A DNA stretch of 64,000 bases, from positions 1 to 64,000 of the forward strand of contig CAYOYV010000008.1 of NCBI GenBank assembly GCA_964408285.1. Direction: 5' to 3'. Every line of letters begins with the position of its first letter. Position 1 is the first letter of the stretch. The notes under the pieces were generated by a model that was not told where the DNA came from, made no database searches, and was given only the letters and a program-made list of their open reading frames with translations. Shown in pieces: positions 37,190 through 47,043 of this stretch. This stretch comes from an uncultured Nitrososphaerota archaeon. GTDB lineage: Archaea; Thermoproteota; EX4484-205; JAAOZO01. Position numbers and translations under genes: made by a program.

Positions 37190-38245
37190 ATGACCAAGCC
37201 CAGGGTATTGGTCATTCACCCTTTGGTATTCGTTGGCAGAGGCGAATTAGAATCGGAGTTCATAGTTGAACAACTTCAATGGCAATTGCCAGCAAAAGAA
37301 CAGGAGTTGAGGGAAAAAATCAAAGCGAAGGATGGCGTTATCTGTTTCTCGATGGACATATTCAATCGAGAGGTCCTGCAATCCGCAGACGAGTTGAAGG
37401 TCATAAGTTCGGTCAGTGCCGGCCTGGATCACATAGACCTCGCCGAAGCGACTAAGAGAGGGATTTATGTAGCTAATACTCCTCGTGCGCCAACAGATTC
37501 CGTGGCCGAGTTCGCAATTGCGAGCCTTCTTGCCATCGCTAAGAGGATACCCGAAGGAGACCGGATGATAAGGTCCGGACGATGGAAGGGGCCCCCAAAA
37601 GGAAAGCCTGGCCTTACGTACATGATAGGGCCTGAGCTGAAGGGAAAGACGCTAGGCATAATCGGCCTTGGAAGGATTGGTTCGGCCATAGCGAGGAAAA
37701 TCAAGGGATTCGGGCTTCGAATTTTGTACTATGACATCGCGAAAAGACGGGAGATTGAGAAAGAATTAGATATCGGCGCCACGTCGCTTGAAAGGCTTCT
37801 TATGGAATCTGATTTCGTTGCACTTTGTGTTTCATTAACCGCTCAAACAAGAGGGTTGATTGGTGCACGCCAGTTGGGCATGATGAAGAGGACAGCCTAC
37901 CTAGTCAATGTCTCCCGGGGGGCAATCTTGGATGAGGAAGCCCTAGCAAGGGTCCTCAAACGAGGACGAATTGCAGGAGCAGCGCTCGATGTGTTCGCGA
38001 CAGAACCTATACGCAAGGATCATGCCCTAGCGAGTCTCGAAAACATTGTTCTAACTCCGCATATCGCAAGTGCAACATTGGAGGCGAGGAGAGCGATGGT
38101 TTTTCAGGCGGTTGAAAATATGACAGAGCTTTTCAAGGGAATCGTTCCTATGGACCTCGCTAATCCCGAGGTCATGAAAAAGAGGCCTTTGGATCAACTA
38201 AGGATGCTAAGACCTAGCGTGCCACATCATGCGCGCGCACGGTAG
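37190..38245 (+). CDS. D-isomer-specific 2-hydroxyacid dehydrogenase (glyoxylate reductase-like)
   Basis: GLDHID, GIIGLGRIG, NVSRG, LDVFATEP, TPHIAS. Confidence 0.92.
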   Translation: MTKPRVLVIHPLVFVGRGELESEFIVEQLQWQLPAKEQELREKIKAKDGVICFSMDIFNREVLQSADELKVISSVSAGLDHIDLAEATKRGIYVANTPRAPTDSVAEFAIASLLAIAKRIPEGDRMIRSGRWKGPPKGKPGLTYMIGPELKGKTLGIIGLGRIGSAIARKIKGFGLRILYYDIAKRREIEKELDIGATSLERLLMESDFVALCVSLTAQTRGLIGARQLGMMKRTAYLVNVSRGAILDEEALARVLKRGRIAGAALDVFATEPIRKDHALASLENIVLTPHIASATLEARRAMVFQAVENMTELFKGIVPMDLANPEVMKKRPLDQLRMLRPSVPHHARAR

Positions 38246-38553
38246 CACGTTGATTCGTGCGCAATCTGCCTGTTGAGCGCTGCTTCGCTGAAACACTACG
38301 CCTGAAGGGGAAAGGCGATAACGGGGGAAAGAATTGATTGCGACGGCCCTGCTTCCCATCAACCGCTTCAAATGATGAATCATTCATAGCAAGACTCATA
38401 TTGCGTGTCCTCAGCGATAGGGGCGCGGCAGTTGAGAGTCCACGGGATATCCTATCGGAGCTTAGGCGTTCAACTCCAAAGCCGTTGAACGAAGAAACGA
38501 CTTAACGTACGACCAGAGAGTTTTTATCGATACACTCAGCGATTTTCGATGAT

Positions 38554-38718
38554 TTGAGGAAGTGCAGGAAGTGCGGAAGATACACGCTCAGACTGGAGAG
38601 ATGTCCCTACTGCAAGGGGGAACTACAGGATCCTTCTCCCCCGAGGTTCTCACTAGATGACAGATATCTCAAGGTGAAACTCGAAGCGATAATGAAATCG
38701 ATGAAGGACGATTCATGA
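38554..38718 (+). CDS. nop10: H/ACA RNP protein Nop10 (54 aa, TTG start, absent from the ORF track)
   Basis: Hand translation MRKCRKCGRYTLRLERCPYCKGELQDPSPPRFSLDDRYLKVK...; matches the Nop10 zinc ribbon and PxRFSxDDxY. Confidence 0.9.
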   Translation: MRKCRKCGRYTLRLERCPYCKGELQDPSPPRFSLDDRYLKVKLEAIMKSMKDDS

Positions 38719-39474
38719 AACACTGAACTGACCGCCTAGTTTCCTAGTCTCCTGCTCCAATTTCTTTAGGACGTCTTCGGCGACTGTTCTGGCTTTTTTC
38801 GGCCTAGGGCTTCTTACGATTAATTCATACTCCGGGGGCGCTATCGTTCTGATCGCTAACGTTACACCCATTTCGCTCTTTCCAGAGAATTTGCTTCCAA
38901 GACTTCGCATTTTATCAATTCCAGCGGGGTCTGTGAAGAAGATCTTCACTCGCCTCTTTTCGACATAGACTTTCTTGAGCAACTCCTTCTCAATTTCCTC
39001 CTCAAGAACTCTCGCAGTTTCAGGGGGAATGAGCAACCTAGAAAAGGCCTTGCTGCCGGTCTCTATGGCGGCCCGGAAAGCTTCACTAAGGGAGCCAAAC
39101 TTCTCGACAGCCTTTTCTTCTATCTTATCAACTAATTCCTGTTGCTGATTGGTTCTCACCAAGGCCTCTTTCAAAATCGCTATTGCTTTGTTTTCTTCCT
39201 TCCACGAGCGAAGAACCCTTCTGGAATCGGAAAAGGATATTCCTTTGAGCGAAACGAACATCCTACTCGTGTGTTTATCTTCCCTCATAGTTCTTACAAC
39301 CAAGACCTGATTTCTTCTGACAACATCCGTAAGTCTCTGTTCCCTCTTCAGAGGAATCTCCGATATATGGAGAAAGAGCTCGCCATCATATGCATCGGAT
39401 TTCAATGTAGCTCCGAATTGGCCTATTTCCTGAACCCTACCGACGACTAGTTCTTGTTCGGAATAGGCGCTCAT
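38713..39474 (-). CDS. eif2a: Translation initiation factor 2 alpha subunit
   Basis: S1 domain with LHISEI, WKEENKA, IAPPEY; conserved position after rps27e. Confidence 0.88.
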   Translation of the reverse strand: MSAYSEQELVVGRVQEIGQFGATLKSDAYDGELFLHISEIPLKREQRLTDVVRRNQVLVVRTMREDKHTSRMFVSLKGISFSDSRRVLRSWKEENKAIAILKEALVRTNQQQELVDKIEEKAVEKFGSLSEAFRAAIETGSKAFSRLLIPPETARVLEEEIEKELLKKVYVEKRRVKIFFTDPAGIDKMRSLGSKFSGKSEMGVTLAIRTIAPPEYELIVRSPRPKKARTVAEDVLKKLEQETRKLGGQFSVS

Positions 39475-39671
39475 CCTAGTTTCTTTACCAATTCCGCTTC
39501 GGCGAACTTCCCCTTGCCCCCAGTTGGCTTCAGGAGAACTGCGTTACAGGAGTTGCACTTAACCTCTATGACTGGATTTGAGAAAGTCACTTGCTGATTC
39601 GAACATGTCTTGCATTTGACTAAAAGGAAGGACGACTTCGGACCGGTATATCTCTTTGGCAATTCACTCAC
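39471..39671 (-). CDS. rps27e: 30S ribosomal protein S27e
   Basis: PKSSFLLVKCKTC...CNSC...PTGGK. Confidence 0.95.
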   Translation of the reverse strand: MSELPKRYTGPKSSFLLVKCKTCSNQQVTFSNPVIEVKCNSCNAVLLKPTGGKGKFAEAELVKKLG

Positions 39672-39958
39672 CCGACCTTTATCTCCATCTTCTTTATCCT
39701 AATGCCTTTTCTCACGATGATCCTGCCACATGTCTTACACTTCAATTTCAACGCCACCTTTTTTGTCGTCTTGACAGGTTTCGCTACTGGCGCCTTAGAT
39801 CCTCCATACCCATGCCTATCAACTCTTTCATGGTGTCTTTCCCCCCTTGCCAGTGCCCTCCTCTTTCCAACCTTGTACACGGAAACGGAATGCGCAGTAT
39901 ACTTGTTGCATTTCGGACAGTAAGCATCAATTTCTGGTGGTATTTTCATTATGTTCAC
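39668..39958 (-). CDS. rpl44e: 50S ribosomal protein L44e
   Basis: YCPKC..HSV...GYGG...KTTKK...LKCKTC. Confidence 0.95.
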   Translation of the reverse strand: MNIMKIPPEIDAYCPKCNKYTAHSVSVYKVGKRRALARGERHHERVDRHGYGGSKAPVAKPVKTTKKVALKLKCKTCGRIIVRKGIRIKKMEIKVG

Positions 39959-39963
39959 CGCAG

Positions 39964-40506
39964 TCAGTATGGCGAAATCCTTTGCGCTAACCCTTGGCTT
40001 ATAAGAATTTCCGCATATTTCTTGGGCAACATGGCCAAATCAGAGTCGTCGTAAGGACCATGTTTGGTTCCCCACTCGTCCACAAATTGCTCAACTCTGT
40101 TTTTTATCTGAACGATTTCGCCAATGGCACTCGACTTGAAGGGACTCTGCAGAGCTTTGGCATGTCCTCCTTCCATATTCTTCATGAACGATTCAACGAG
40201 TTTCTTGGCCTCCATGACGGGGAGCAAAACGGCCAAATCAGGTTCCTTGTAAACCCTTATTCCCATGTCTTTCGCGAGAACTTTCAAGACTCTGCTGAAG
40301 ATAACATCCTCGGCCATAAAGCGGACCATGTGGGTTTCAGTTTCCCTAAGTTTCCGGACTACTCCACTTCTCTCGGTGCCGAAGTTCGCTTCTCTGACTC
40401 TTCTTAGGGATGTCTTGACAGCACCCATGGAGGAATCCGATAGTTCGGCTGGTTCCTCAGCTTCTCTTTCCTTTTTCCAAACGTCGGGCAATTTCTCCTC
40501 AGACAA
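39964..40506 (-). CDS. GINS subunit (Gins15/51-like); TTG start reassigned
   Basis: N-terminal WKKERE helix; C-terminal FVDEWG..HGPY..SDLAMLP...AEILISQGLA; directly follows priS. Confidence 0.7.
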   Translation of the reverse strand: MSEEKLPDVWKKEREAEEPAELSDSSMGAVKTSLRRVREANFGTERSGVVRKLRETETHMVRFMAEDVIFSRVLKVLAKDMGIRVYKEPDLAVLLPVMEAKKLVESFMKNMEGGHAKALQSPFKSSAIGEIVQIKNRVEQFVDEWGTKHGPYDDSDLAMLPKKYAEILISQGLAQRISPY

Positions 40507-41707
40507 TGGTTGCCACCCCCTTTGTGACAAGATAGGCAGCCAAATAACCCGGAACTTCGACCTTCTCATTCTCGTACGGGCCGAATTTCCTCCCTCTAAT
40601 TCTGATCTCGGGAGCAATCTTCACATGAATATCGGTTCTATCTGGCCCGTACTCAGGCATAGCATCAAGAACGTTATTAGCCAGCGTTTTAAGCTCTACG
40701 GGGAACTTAGGTAAATGACTTTTGCTGCTGATTGTGCCAGGCATTCTAAATAATCTATGTAGATCTAGGGTTACAGAGGGGTCAACCTTGATTTTTGAGC
40801 GCTCTACAGCCGTCGCCAAGAATTTCTTCGCCCTTTTCGTTCCAAGCATCAAGAAGATCCGATCCAACAAACCCCTGTTGAGTTCTTGCCTAAGCCGCTC
40901 TTTCTCACGCTCTACACTATTCATTGCTTCGTTTGAGAAGACATTGGGATGCTCACGACATCTGTCAATGATTTCAATTGCATTCTGAATTATCCTGTTC
41001 CCCACCCCCTCTTTCAGTATCCGCTGTCTTCCAGGCGCCCTTGTTATGATGAGATCCTCCTTGAGCCCATTAAGCGCAAGGTAGTCAACTATCTCTTTCC
41101 TGCCGTTCTGGTCCAACTCCTTTAGCAAGTCGGAACGGGCATAAATATGAAATCCCTTGTTTCCACTGAAATATATCCTGAGGTCTTCGCTGCCGATATT
41201 CAACTCATTGACCAAAGCATGCACAAGTCTAACGGTTTCATTAGCCGCTATATTCAGGCAAACCGGGTCTATGAAATCAATCTTTCTGATGCTTCCTCCG
41301 CAATACACGCACTTTTCGGCCTTTTCAGTGCCGTAGTGCTCGTTAGCAGCACAGATCCAGTATGAGTTTCGTTTTCCACATCTTGGATCCATCGGGTCGG
41401 GGTCTATATCGAACGCCAGCTCGATCCACAACTCCTTCTTTTGATCAATTGGTTTGTCTGGAAACTCATATACAGCACACGAATGATAAGCATCCCAAGG
41501 CAGACTGTCGCGAAGGTGAGCCTTGATATCATCAATTGTATCAAAAGCCATATGCCTGACCATCACTTTTTCATGACCCATGGTGAATCCGATTTCCCTC
41601 TTATTGACTGGAGGCGGGACATAGACAAGATCCGCTTGGGTTGTGTAGTACTCGGCTGAAACAGAACGCAGAAACCTGATGTCTTGTTCTTTCATGTGGC
41701 CTCTCAA
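40499..41707 (-). CDS. priS: DNA primase small (catalytic) subunit
   Basis: REIGF, ELAFDID, FSGNKGFH, DPSVTLDLHRLFRMPG. Confidence 0.93.
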   Translation of the reverse strand: MRGHMKEQDIRFLRSVSAEYYTTQADLVYVPPPVNKREIGFTMGHEKVMVRHMAFDTIDDIKAHLRDSLPWDAYHSCAVYEFPDKPIDQKKELWIELAFDIDPDPMDPRCGKRNSYWICAANEHYGTEKAEKCVYCGGSIRKIDFIDPVCLNIAANETVRLVHALVNELNIGSEDLRIYFSGNKGFHIYARSDLLKELDQNGRKEIVDYLALNGLKEDLIITRAPGRQRILKEGVGNRIIQNAIEIIDRCREHPNVFSNEAMNSVEREKERLRQELNRGLLDRIFLMLGTKRAKKFLATAVERSKIKVDPSVTLDLHRLFRMPGTISSKSHLPKFPVELKTLANNVLDAMPEYGPDRTDIHVKIAPEIRIRGRKFGPYENEKVEVPGYLAAYLVTKGVATIV

Positions 41708-42723
41708 CCGATCCTATACTGAAGGGGGTTTCGTATATTGTCACACCACTGATCCGGGAAGCATAACCCATAGGTCTTCATAGTTTTGCACGATGGAGGC
41801 AGGTATTTCCTCCTTCCTCCCCTTTGTCCGGCGAGGTGCTCCAGCTGATATCTCGCTATTCTTTCATTGAAATCGGGGCTTGTCTTGAATATCTCCATCA
41901 ATTCTTCCACGTTTCGTCCTATCGCTATGAGATAAGTCGCCAATGACCGCCTCTCTACGTGTGAGAGATTCTCGCCCTTTCCTTGCCTGGACGAAAGCCT
42001 TACCATACATGGAGGCGTATCTCTCCTTTCTTCAATGGCAAATGTACCCAATTGTGTCTTGAATATGCCCCATTCCTGAGTGATCAGTTCGAATTCATTC
42101 TTCAATAGGCCACTGAAACCACGGTGGTCTATGGCGCGCCTAGTTCTTTCAAGAACTTGTTCCCTTATGCTTTCTTCCAATAATCTTGCGAGTTCTAACG
42201 AAGAGAGCAGGACCCTCCCACCAACGATTCTTCTATTTGTCAGTTTCCATGATGGACCCCAAAACTGCGGTGAGTGCCTTAGGTACTCGGGGACTTTCAG
42301 AGACAGGCCTCTTTCTCCTTTTTCTTCCGTCTCCGTTATTGGAAAGAGCATATTGTTAGCCACCTCCAAGATCTCGTCTGTTCCTCCCGCAGCCATGAGA
42401 TCGAAGCATTTCTTCGCCTCCGCTATTGAAAACATCTGTCGTAACCTGTCGTCGTTTATCGCGACAACCAGGCCTATGGCTACTGGGAAAGACAGTATTT
42501 CTGACTTGTAATCTATCATGTTGCTGCTGTCAAAGCTGATCCTCTTTCTTCTAATAGTCTGGACGACGCGCTCTGCTGCCCTTTCTATGGCGCCTTTGTA
42601 TTCGTCCCCTGCCAACTCTCCAATGTCGATGTCAAAATAATCTGCCAGGAACTCCCTGGCCTTAGGTAAGACGGGGTACTTCGCCATAAAAAAGACATTC
42701 AATCTCTTGGCTCGAGCGGACAC
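41704..42723 (-). CDS. priL: DNA primase large subunit
   Basis: PPCM, LSHVER, PDFNERIARYQLEH, PPSC...C...C..NPL Fe-S domain. Confidence 0.92.
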   Translation of the reverse strand: MSARAKRLNVFFMAKYPVLPKAREFLADYFDIDIGELAGDEYKGAIERAAERVVQTIRRKRISFDSSNMIDYKSEILSFPVAIGLVVAINDDRLRQMFSIAEAKKCFDLMAAGGTDEILEVANNMLFPITETEEKGERGLSLKVPEYLRHSPQFWGPSWKLTNRRIVGGRVLLSSLELARLLEESIREQVLERTRRAIDHRGFSGLLKNEFELITQEWGIFKTQLGTFAIEERRDTPPCMVRLSSRQGKGENLSHVERRSLATYLIAIGRNVEELMEIFKTSPDFNERIARYQLEHLAGQRGGRRKYLPPSCKTMKTYGLCFPDQWCDNIRNPLQYRIG

Positions 42724-42756
42724 GAGCTTAAATTAATATCTCTTTGATGGAGACGT

Positions 42757-43527
42757 GTGGGTGGTATGTCACCGGACAAGCCGGTTGTGGCAGAGATAGT
42801 ATTCAAGGATGGATCGGTTCTACAGGAAGTCCTTAAGGCTACATCTTCTGTTACTGAAGAGGCTCCTTTGAAGTTGACCCCCGATGGTATATCGATAAGG
42901 GCCCTAGATCTGTCAGAGGTCTCAATGGTCGATATTGCGATACCCACCCACGTTGCGGCCGAATTTAGGGTTGAGAAAGCCGAATCTCTTTCAATAAAGT
43001 CAGACGACTTCCTCGAATTCTACAAAGGGCATATTGAGGAGCAGACTCGCCTAACATTCGAACCAGGAAGGCTCGTTGTTTACATTGGTGGGGAGGAAGG
43101 CACAAGGTTCGAAGTGCCAATATTCCAGCCGGAATCAAAGGAACTGCCCTTGCCAAAGATCTCCTATAAGACAACATTCAAGACAGATCTCAAGTTCCTC
43201 AGGGACGTAATAGACAAAGGCAAGGCCATGACAGATCGGGTAGAAATAAAAATCGAGGATAACTCTGTGAAGCTAGTGGTGGCGTCGGAAACAAAATCAT
43301 ACTCGCGGACTCTAAGAGAACAGACCGGATCACTGAGGGATGCTTCGCTAGAGGAAAACGTGTCGGCGAAATATGACCTTAAGAAACTCTACCAGATAAT
43401 CTCTTCCTTTCAGCCTCAAGGCGACGTTACGCTTTTCTTCGGCAAAGACCTTCCTCTCAAGATAAGTGCGGAATTGAGAGACGGCATACAAATAAACTAC
43501 TATTTGGCTTCTATGATAGAGGCCTAG
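42757..43527 (+). CDS. pcn: DNA sliding clamp PCNA (ATG start probably 42766)
   Basis: GISIRALDLSEVSMVD, LPLPKI, DLPLKI, YYLA. Confidence 0.88.
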   Translation: MGGMSPDKPVVAEIVFKDGSVLQEVLKATSSVTEEAPLKLTPDGISIRALDLSEVSMVDIAIPTHVAAEFRVEKAESLSIKSDDFLEFYKGHIEEQTRLTFEPGRLVVYIGGEEGTRFEVPIFQPESKELPLPKISYKTTFKTDLKFLRDVIDKGKAMTDRVEIKIEDNSVKLVVASETKSYSRTLREQTGSLRDASLEENVSAKYDLKKLYQIISSFQPQGDVTLFFGKDLPLKISAELRDGIQINYYLASMIEA

Positions 43528-43538
43528 CTGTTATCTGG

Positions 43539-43874
43539 TCAGGTGTATTCTCGCCAAGTATGCCCGCACTTAGTGCACCTGAAGAACTGCGTTGGAGACT
43601 CGTCAGCCCCTCTTGTCTGTAGCATCCACCAGAACGCTTTGTCGTTGCCGCATGAAGGGCATTTCGTATCAGTTATAGGCAACGGTCTTAATTCATCATC
43701 CTTTGCGGTAACGATTTTGACAGCAGGTTTTGCCTTGTTCTTTATCACCGGTATCTTGACCTCCTTTGCTGGCTCAGAATAGCCGCATTTGGAGCATGTG
43801 AATAATGACTTCCTGCCAGTCTTCTGGATCCCCATTCTTGTTCCACACCTGGGGCAGAATCTTAATACCGCCAT
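43539..43874 (-). CDS. tfs: Transcription factor S (RpoM/TFS)
   Basis: FCPRCG; CPSCG...QTRGADE..TQFFRCTKCGHTWRE. Confidence 0.95.
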   Translation of the reverse strand: MAVLRFCPRCGTRMGIQKTGRKSLFTCSKCGYSEPAKEVKIPVIKNKAKPAVKIVTAKDDELRPLPITDTKCPSCGNDKAFWWMLQTRGADESPTQFFRCTKCGHTWREYT

Positions 43875-43926
43875 TTCGCAGTTTGCGGGGGCTCAGTATT
43901 TAGCTGCCTAATAAATCTTGAGATAT

Positions 43927-44511
43927 TCATATCATGGGCAAGGAAGAAGCGAACATCCTAGCCGCCCTCAGAGCCTCAGGCACAGTGGCGGCTTTCCTCG
44001 TCAACTCTAGGACTGCTCTGAGTTCTTTCTCCTCAAGCCCAACGGATTGCACGAACAGACATTTCTTCGACCCCCTTATTTTCACAGGTTTGGGCTCTCC
44101 CAATCTTGAAATCAGGTTCCACCTCAGATCAGAATCGGGGAACTTCGTCAAGCTCTTCCTTATTCTCTTCAGGTCAGGGCTTTTCTCAACTATGGTAACG
44201 ATTGGCAAGTCGGTCTGAACGTGCAGCCTCTGGATGTCAACTATATTAAAGCCACCGAACGTGATGCCATCAAGGAATACTGCCCTTATCTGTGAAGCGA
44301 ACTTGGTGTTGTTTATCATGTTGATTATGACATCAGTTACATCCATGCCATCCACTTGGATCGTATCAACTAGGACGCCTTCCATCCAAAGATTTCCCCT
44401 GAAGATAACGCCGACTAGCCAGGTTCTCTTGCTCTTTGAAAAATCGAAGGGGGCATCGTCTATTCCTAAAGATCTGGCTTGGGATTTCAAGCTACCAGCC
44501 CTCTTCCTCAA
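43927..44511 (-). CDS. DUF99 / endonuclease dU family protein
   Basis: GIDDAPF, VDGMD, DGITFGGFNIVD, PEALR. Confidence 0.88.
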   Translation of the reverse strand: MRKRAGSLKSQARSLGIDDAPFDFSKSKRTWLVGVIFRGNLWMEGVLVDTIQVDGMDVTDVIINMINNTKFASQIRAVFLDGITFGGFNIVDIQRLHVQTDLPIVTIVEKSPDLKRIRKSLTKFPDSDLRWNLISRLGEPKPVKIRGSKKCLFVQSVGLEEKELRAVLELTRKAATVPEALRAARMFASSLPMI

Positions 44512-44905
44512 AGAGTCTCCGGATTAACTCTATCAGAGCTGAATCGAATCCGGTCGTTTCCTTTATTTCCTTCAGGAAATCCTGCATGGAGAATCTCCCT
44601 CTCAGATACCAATAAGCTACCAAGGCCTCCACCGCGTTGCCAATCTCCGTTCTTTTCAATCTCTTCTTAAGGAGCATCCTTAAGCCTGCCTTCTGCGAGA
44701 CCTGCCTAAGCATTCTGTTCGATACCTTCGATTCTTCAGGTATGTATCCCGAGACCTTTGCGAGCACATTGAGAAGATTAAGGAGAGAGTCTCCCACCTT
44801 GGCTAGCTCTCTATCTTCCACTATGTCTTTTACGTTCCTTTTTGAAAGCACAAGATTTCGGAGTTCAGTAGGCAAGCGTGACAGGACCTCGGGGTCCATT
44901 GTCAT
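44492..44905 (-). CDS. Archaeal ribonuclease III-like protein
   Basis: LAKVGDSLLN ... GNAVEALVAY. Confidence 0.75.
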   Translation of the reverse strand: MTMDPEVLSRLPTELRNLVLSKRNVKDIVEDRELAKVGDSLLNLLNVLAKVSGYIPEESKVSNRMLRQVSQKAGLRMLLKKRLKRTEIGNAVEALVAYWYLRGRFSMQDFLKEIKETTGFDSALIELIRRLFEEEGW

Positions 44906-45183
44906 GTTTTATTAGCTTCCTTCTCTATGTGTTCCCTGATTTCCTCTATTTCCTTTTGCAGTCTTTCGATGGCTTTGAATACCAAGTCTACGGGATCTCC
45001 CCTCTCAGCCCTCACAACCAACCTAAGTGGTCCCTTTATGGGATGATCCAAAACATAGGTGGCAAATGCTCTTTTATCGACCTCCAGAATGTACGTCGCC
45101 AGTGGGTCCACAAACGTAGTCGACGCCTCGTCAAAAATCAATTCCAGTTCTTTTTCGCTTTTCCTTCGAATTTCGAAATCCAC
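44902..45183 (-). CDS. rpoL: RNA polymerase subunit Rpo11 (RpoL)
   Basis: FATYVLDHP; size; position after csl4. Confidence 0.8.
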   Translation of the reverse strand: MDFEIRRKSEKELELIFDEASTTFVDPLATYILEVDKRAFATYVLDHPIKGPLRLVVRAERGDPVDLVFKAIERLQKEIEEIREHIEKEANKT

Positions 45184-45189
45184 GATACC

Positions 45190-45762
45190 TCACCATTTTG
45201 GTTGCCCATAGTCGGGAGCCAGTAGTCTGGTTTCTCTCCATCCGCAATTCTGGCACACCAAGAGATTGGGCTTATTGGTCTTCTCCAACTTCTCGCCACA
45301 TTTGGAGCAATTGGCTAGGATTACTCCCTGCCTGCTGTCGACGGTCGAAATCTGGATGGGCGTCTTATTCGATATCACCTTCCCCCTGATGATGTCTCCT
45401 GGCTTGACGTAGCTCTTCAACGTCTTTACTGGAGTCTTGCCCATTCTCCCATGATATAACATCCCAGTGAAGGTCCTTCCCAAGACCCTATCCCCGGCCC
45501 TTATGATTTCCAAAGAGGCCAAGGCATTCTGGACAGAGTTTATCCTTGCAATCACCTCTTCTCCTACCCTTGGGATGGAGATTGCCCCACTCATTGCTGT
45601 CACTTTGAAGACTTTGTTCTGAGCATCTAGGTGTCCCTTGCCGGTTGTTACGGCTCTGATGTTACCATTATCTTCATATGTTCCTTCACCGGACTCTCCC
45701 TCCTCTATGGTGCCGAGCTTTTCGCCGGGAACAAACAACGCGTTGGTGTTCATTGATCTCAC
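45190..45762 (-). CDS. csl4: Exosome RNA-binding protein Csl4
   Basis: PGEKLG..EE...GEGTY; S1 domain; C-terminal CSKC...CQNC...ETR. Confidence 0.9.
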   Translation of the reverse strand: MRSMNTNALFVPGEKLGTIEEGESGEGTYEDNGNIRAVTTGKGHLDAQNKVFKVTAMSGAISIPRVGEEVIARINSVQNALASLEIIRAGDRVLGRTFTGMLYHGRMGKTPVKTLKSYVKPGDIIRGKVISNKTPIQISTVDSRQGVILANCSKCGEKLEKTNKPNLLVCQNCGWRETRLLAPDYGQPKW

Positions 45763-46247
45763 GCTTTGATCGCTTCTACCCCTGTCTTCAAAGGCAACTT
45801 ATATGTGCCCCTTTTCAATGCCTCTCTAAGGACGCTTAAGTTCTCAGCTCGAGAGTGCACCTCAAACACGGCTCCGCCCTTAGATACGTGGGCTGCCCTG
45901 CTTGCCGGCTTTCCATAAGCTCTTCTCATCCCTTGGCTAAGTCTGTCAGCTCCGGCTGTAGCCAAGAATTCATGCCTTCTCAAAATGACATGAGGATAGG
46001 CGATCACCCTAAGGACATAATTTCCTTCTCCTAACCTCTTCTGAAGCACACTATTTATCGCAACCCTGGCCGCCTCAAGAGCCTCCTGTCTCACCACAAC
46101 ATCTTCGTGACTTACCATCCTTAGACCGGAATCATATTGCCCCGAACCAAGTTTGAATTTACTCACCTTGATGCCGGGGGCTCCAGGGATATATTCAACT
46201 CTGGCGTACGGCATGCCTCCTCTTCTTCTTCCCATATTGGGCTCCAT
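45759..46247 (-). CDS. rpl10e: 50S ribosomal protein L10e (uL16)
   Basis: ALEAARVA, YPHVILR, AGADRLSQGMRRAYGKP, KLP. Confidence 0.95.
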   Translation of the reverse strand: MEPNMGRRRGGMPYARVEYIPGAPGIKVSKFKLGSGQYDSGLRMVSHEDVVVRQEALEAARVAINSVLQKRLGEGNYVLRVIAYPHVILRRHEFLATAGADRLSQGMRRAYGKPASRAAHVSKGGAVFEVHSRAENLSVLREALKRGTYKLPLKTGVEAIKA

Positions 46248-46303
46248 AACCGGGGCCTCTTATTTAGTTTTATTATACCCCAAACCAAGCATCTGGACAA
46301 AAT

Positions 46304-47014
46304 ATGCCAGAGGTTAGAGTGATCATGATTGAGCCGCGCTATTCTTTCAATCTGGCACTCGTAGCCAGAACGATGAAGAATTTCGGATATTCGGACCTTT
46401 GTCTAGTAAGGCCAAAAGAAGGAGTAGTGAAGCATGCAAAGATCTATTCAGCAAGAGCAGCCTCTCTACTGAACATTACAAGGGTTTTCCCGAGATTGCC
46501 CGATGCACTGGAGGGCGTTGACCTGAAGGTAGGTACCTCCGCTAAACTTGGTAGGAGGTCTAGGTTCAGGGAATTCATAAGACCAGAGGAGTTAGCCCAT
46601 ATCTCAACCCAGTTCGACAAGACTGGTCTCGTTCTTGGAAGAGAATCGTCAGGCCTAACGAACGAAGAACTAGCAATGATGGACTTAAACACTAGGATAG
46701 CAACGGATCCGTCCTATCCTACACTGAATGTCGCCATATCCGCAGCAATTATCTTGTATGAACTAAGCAAAGCGCTTGAACTCCAGCCTAGAGATTATGA
46801 GCTCGCTCAACCACTTCAGATTGAGGGGTTCCTAAGAGCCTATTGCCGCCTTCTCGATGCGTTTGGATTCACCCGGAGAAGAGTGGACACCTCGAAGAAG
46901 GCATTCGGTTCCCTAATCAAGAAGGCAAGCCCCAGCTCAAAAGAGATTGGCCTTTTGGCTTCCAATACGAGAAAGATGGGTTCAATCTATCTTGAGAAGA
47001 TGAAAAATAAATAA
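46304..47014 (+). CDS. trmJ: tRNA (C/U32-2'-O) SPOUT methyltransferase TrmJ-like
   Basis: EP...N...ARTMKNFG, GRESSGLTNEEL, YPTLNVA. Confidence 0.85.
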   Translation: MPEVRVIMIEPRYSFNLALVARTMKNFGYSDLCLVRPKEGVVKHAKIYSARAASLLNITRVFPRLPDALEGVDLKVGTSAKLGRRSRFREFIRPEELAHISTQFDKTGLVLGRESSGLTNEELAMMDLNTRIATDPSYPTLNVAISAAIILYELSKALELQPRDYELAQPLQIEGFLRAYCRLLDAFGFTRRRVDTSKKAFGSLIKKASPSSKEIGLLASNTRKMGSIYLEKMKNK

Positions 47015-47043
47015 GCCTCGAGCCAATATTCCCTCCATCCAAA

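Noticed and set aside
38549-38557. ATG ATT TGA just upstream of nop10 as evidence of a frameshift or mRNA intron
   Set aside because: An in-frame TTG at 38554 gives a complete Nop10, and no BHB motif is present.
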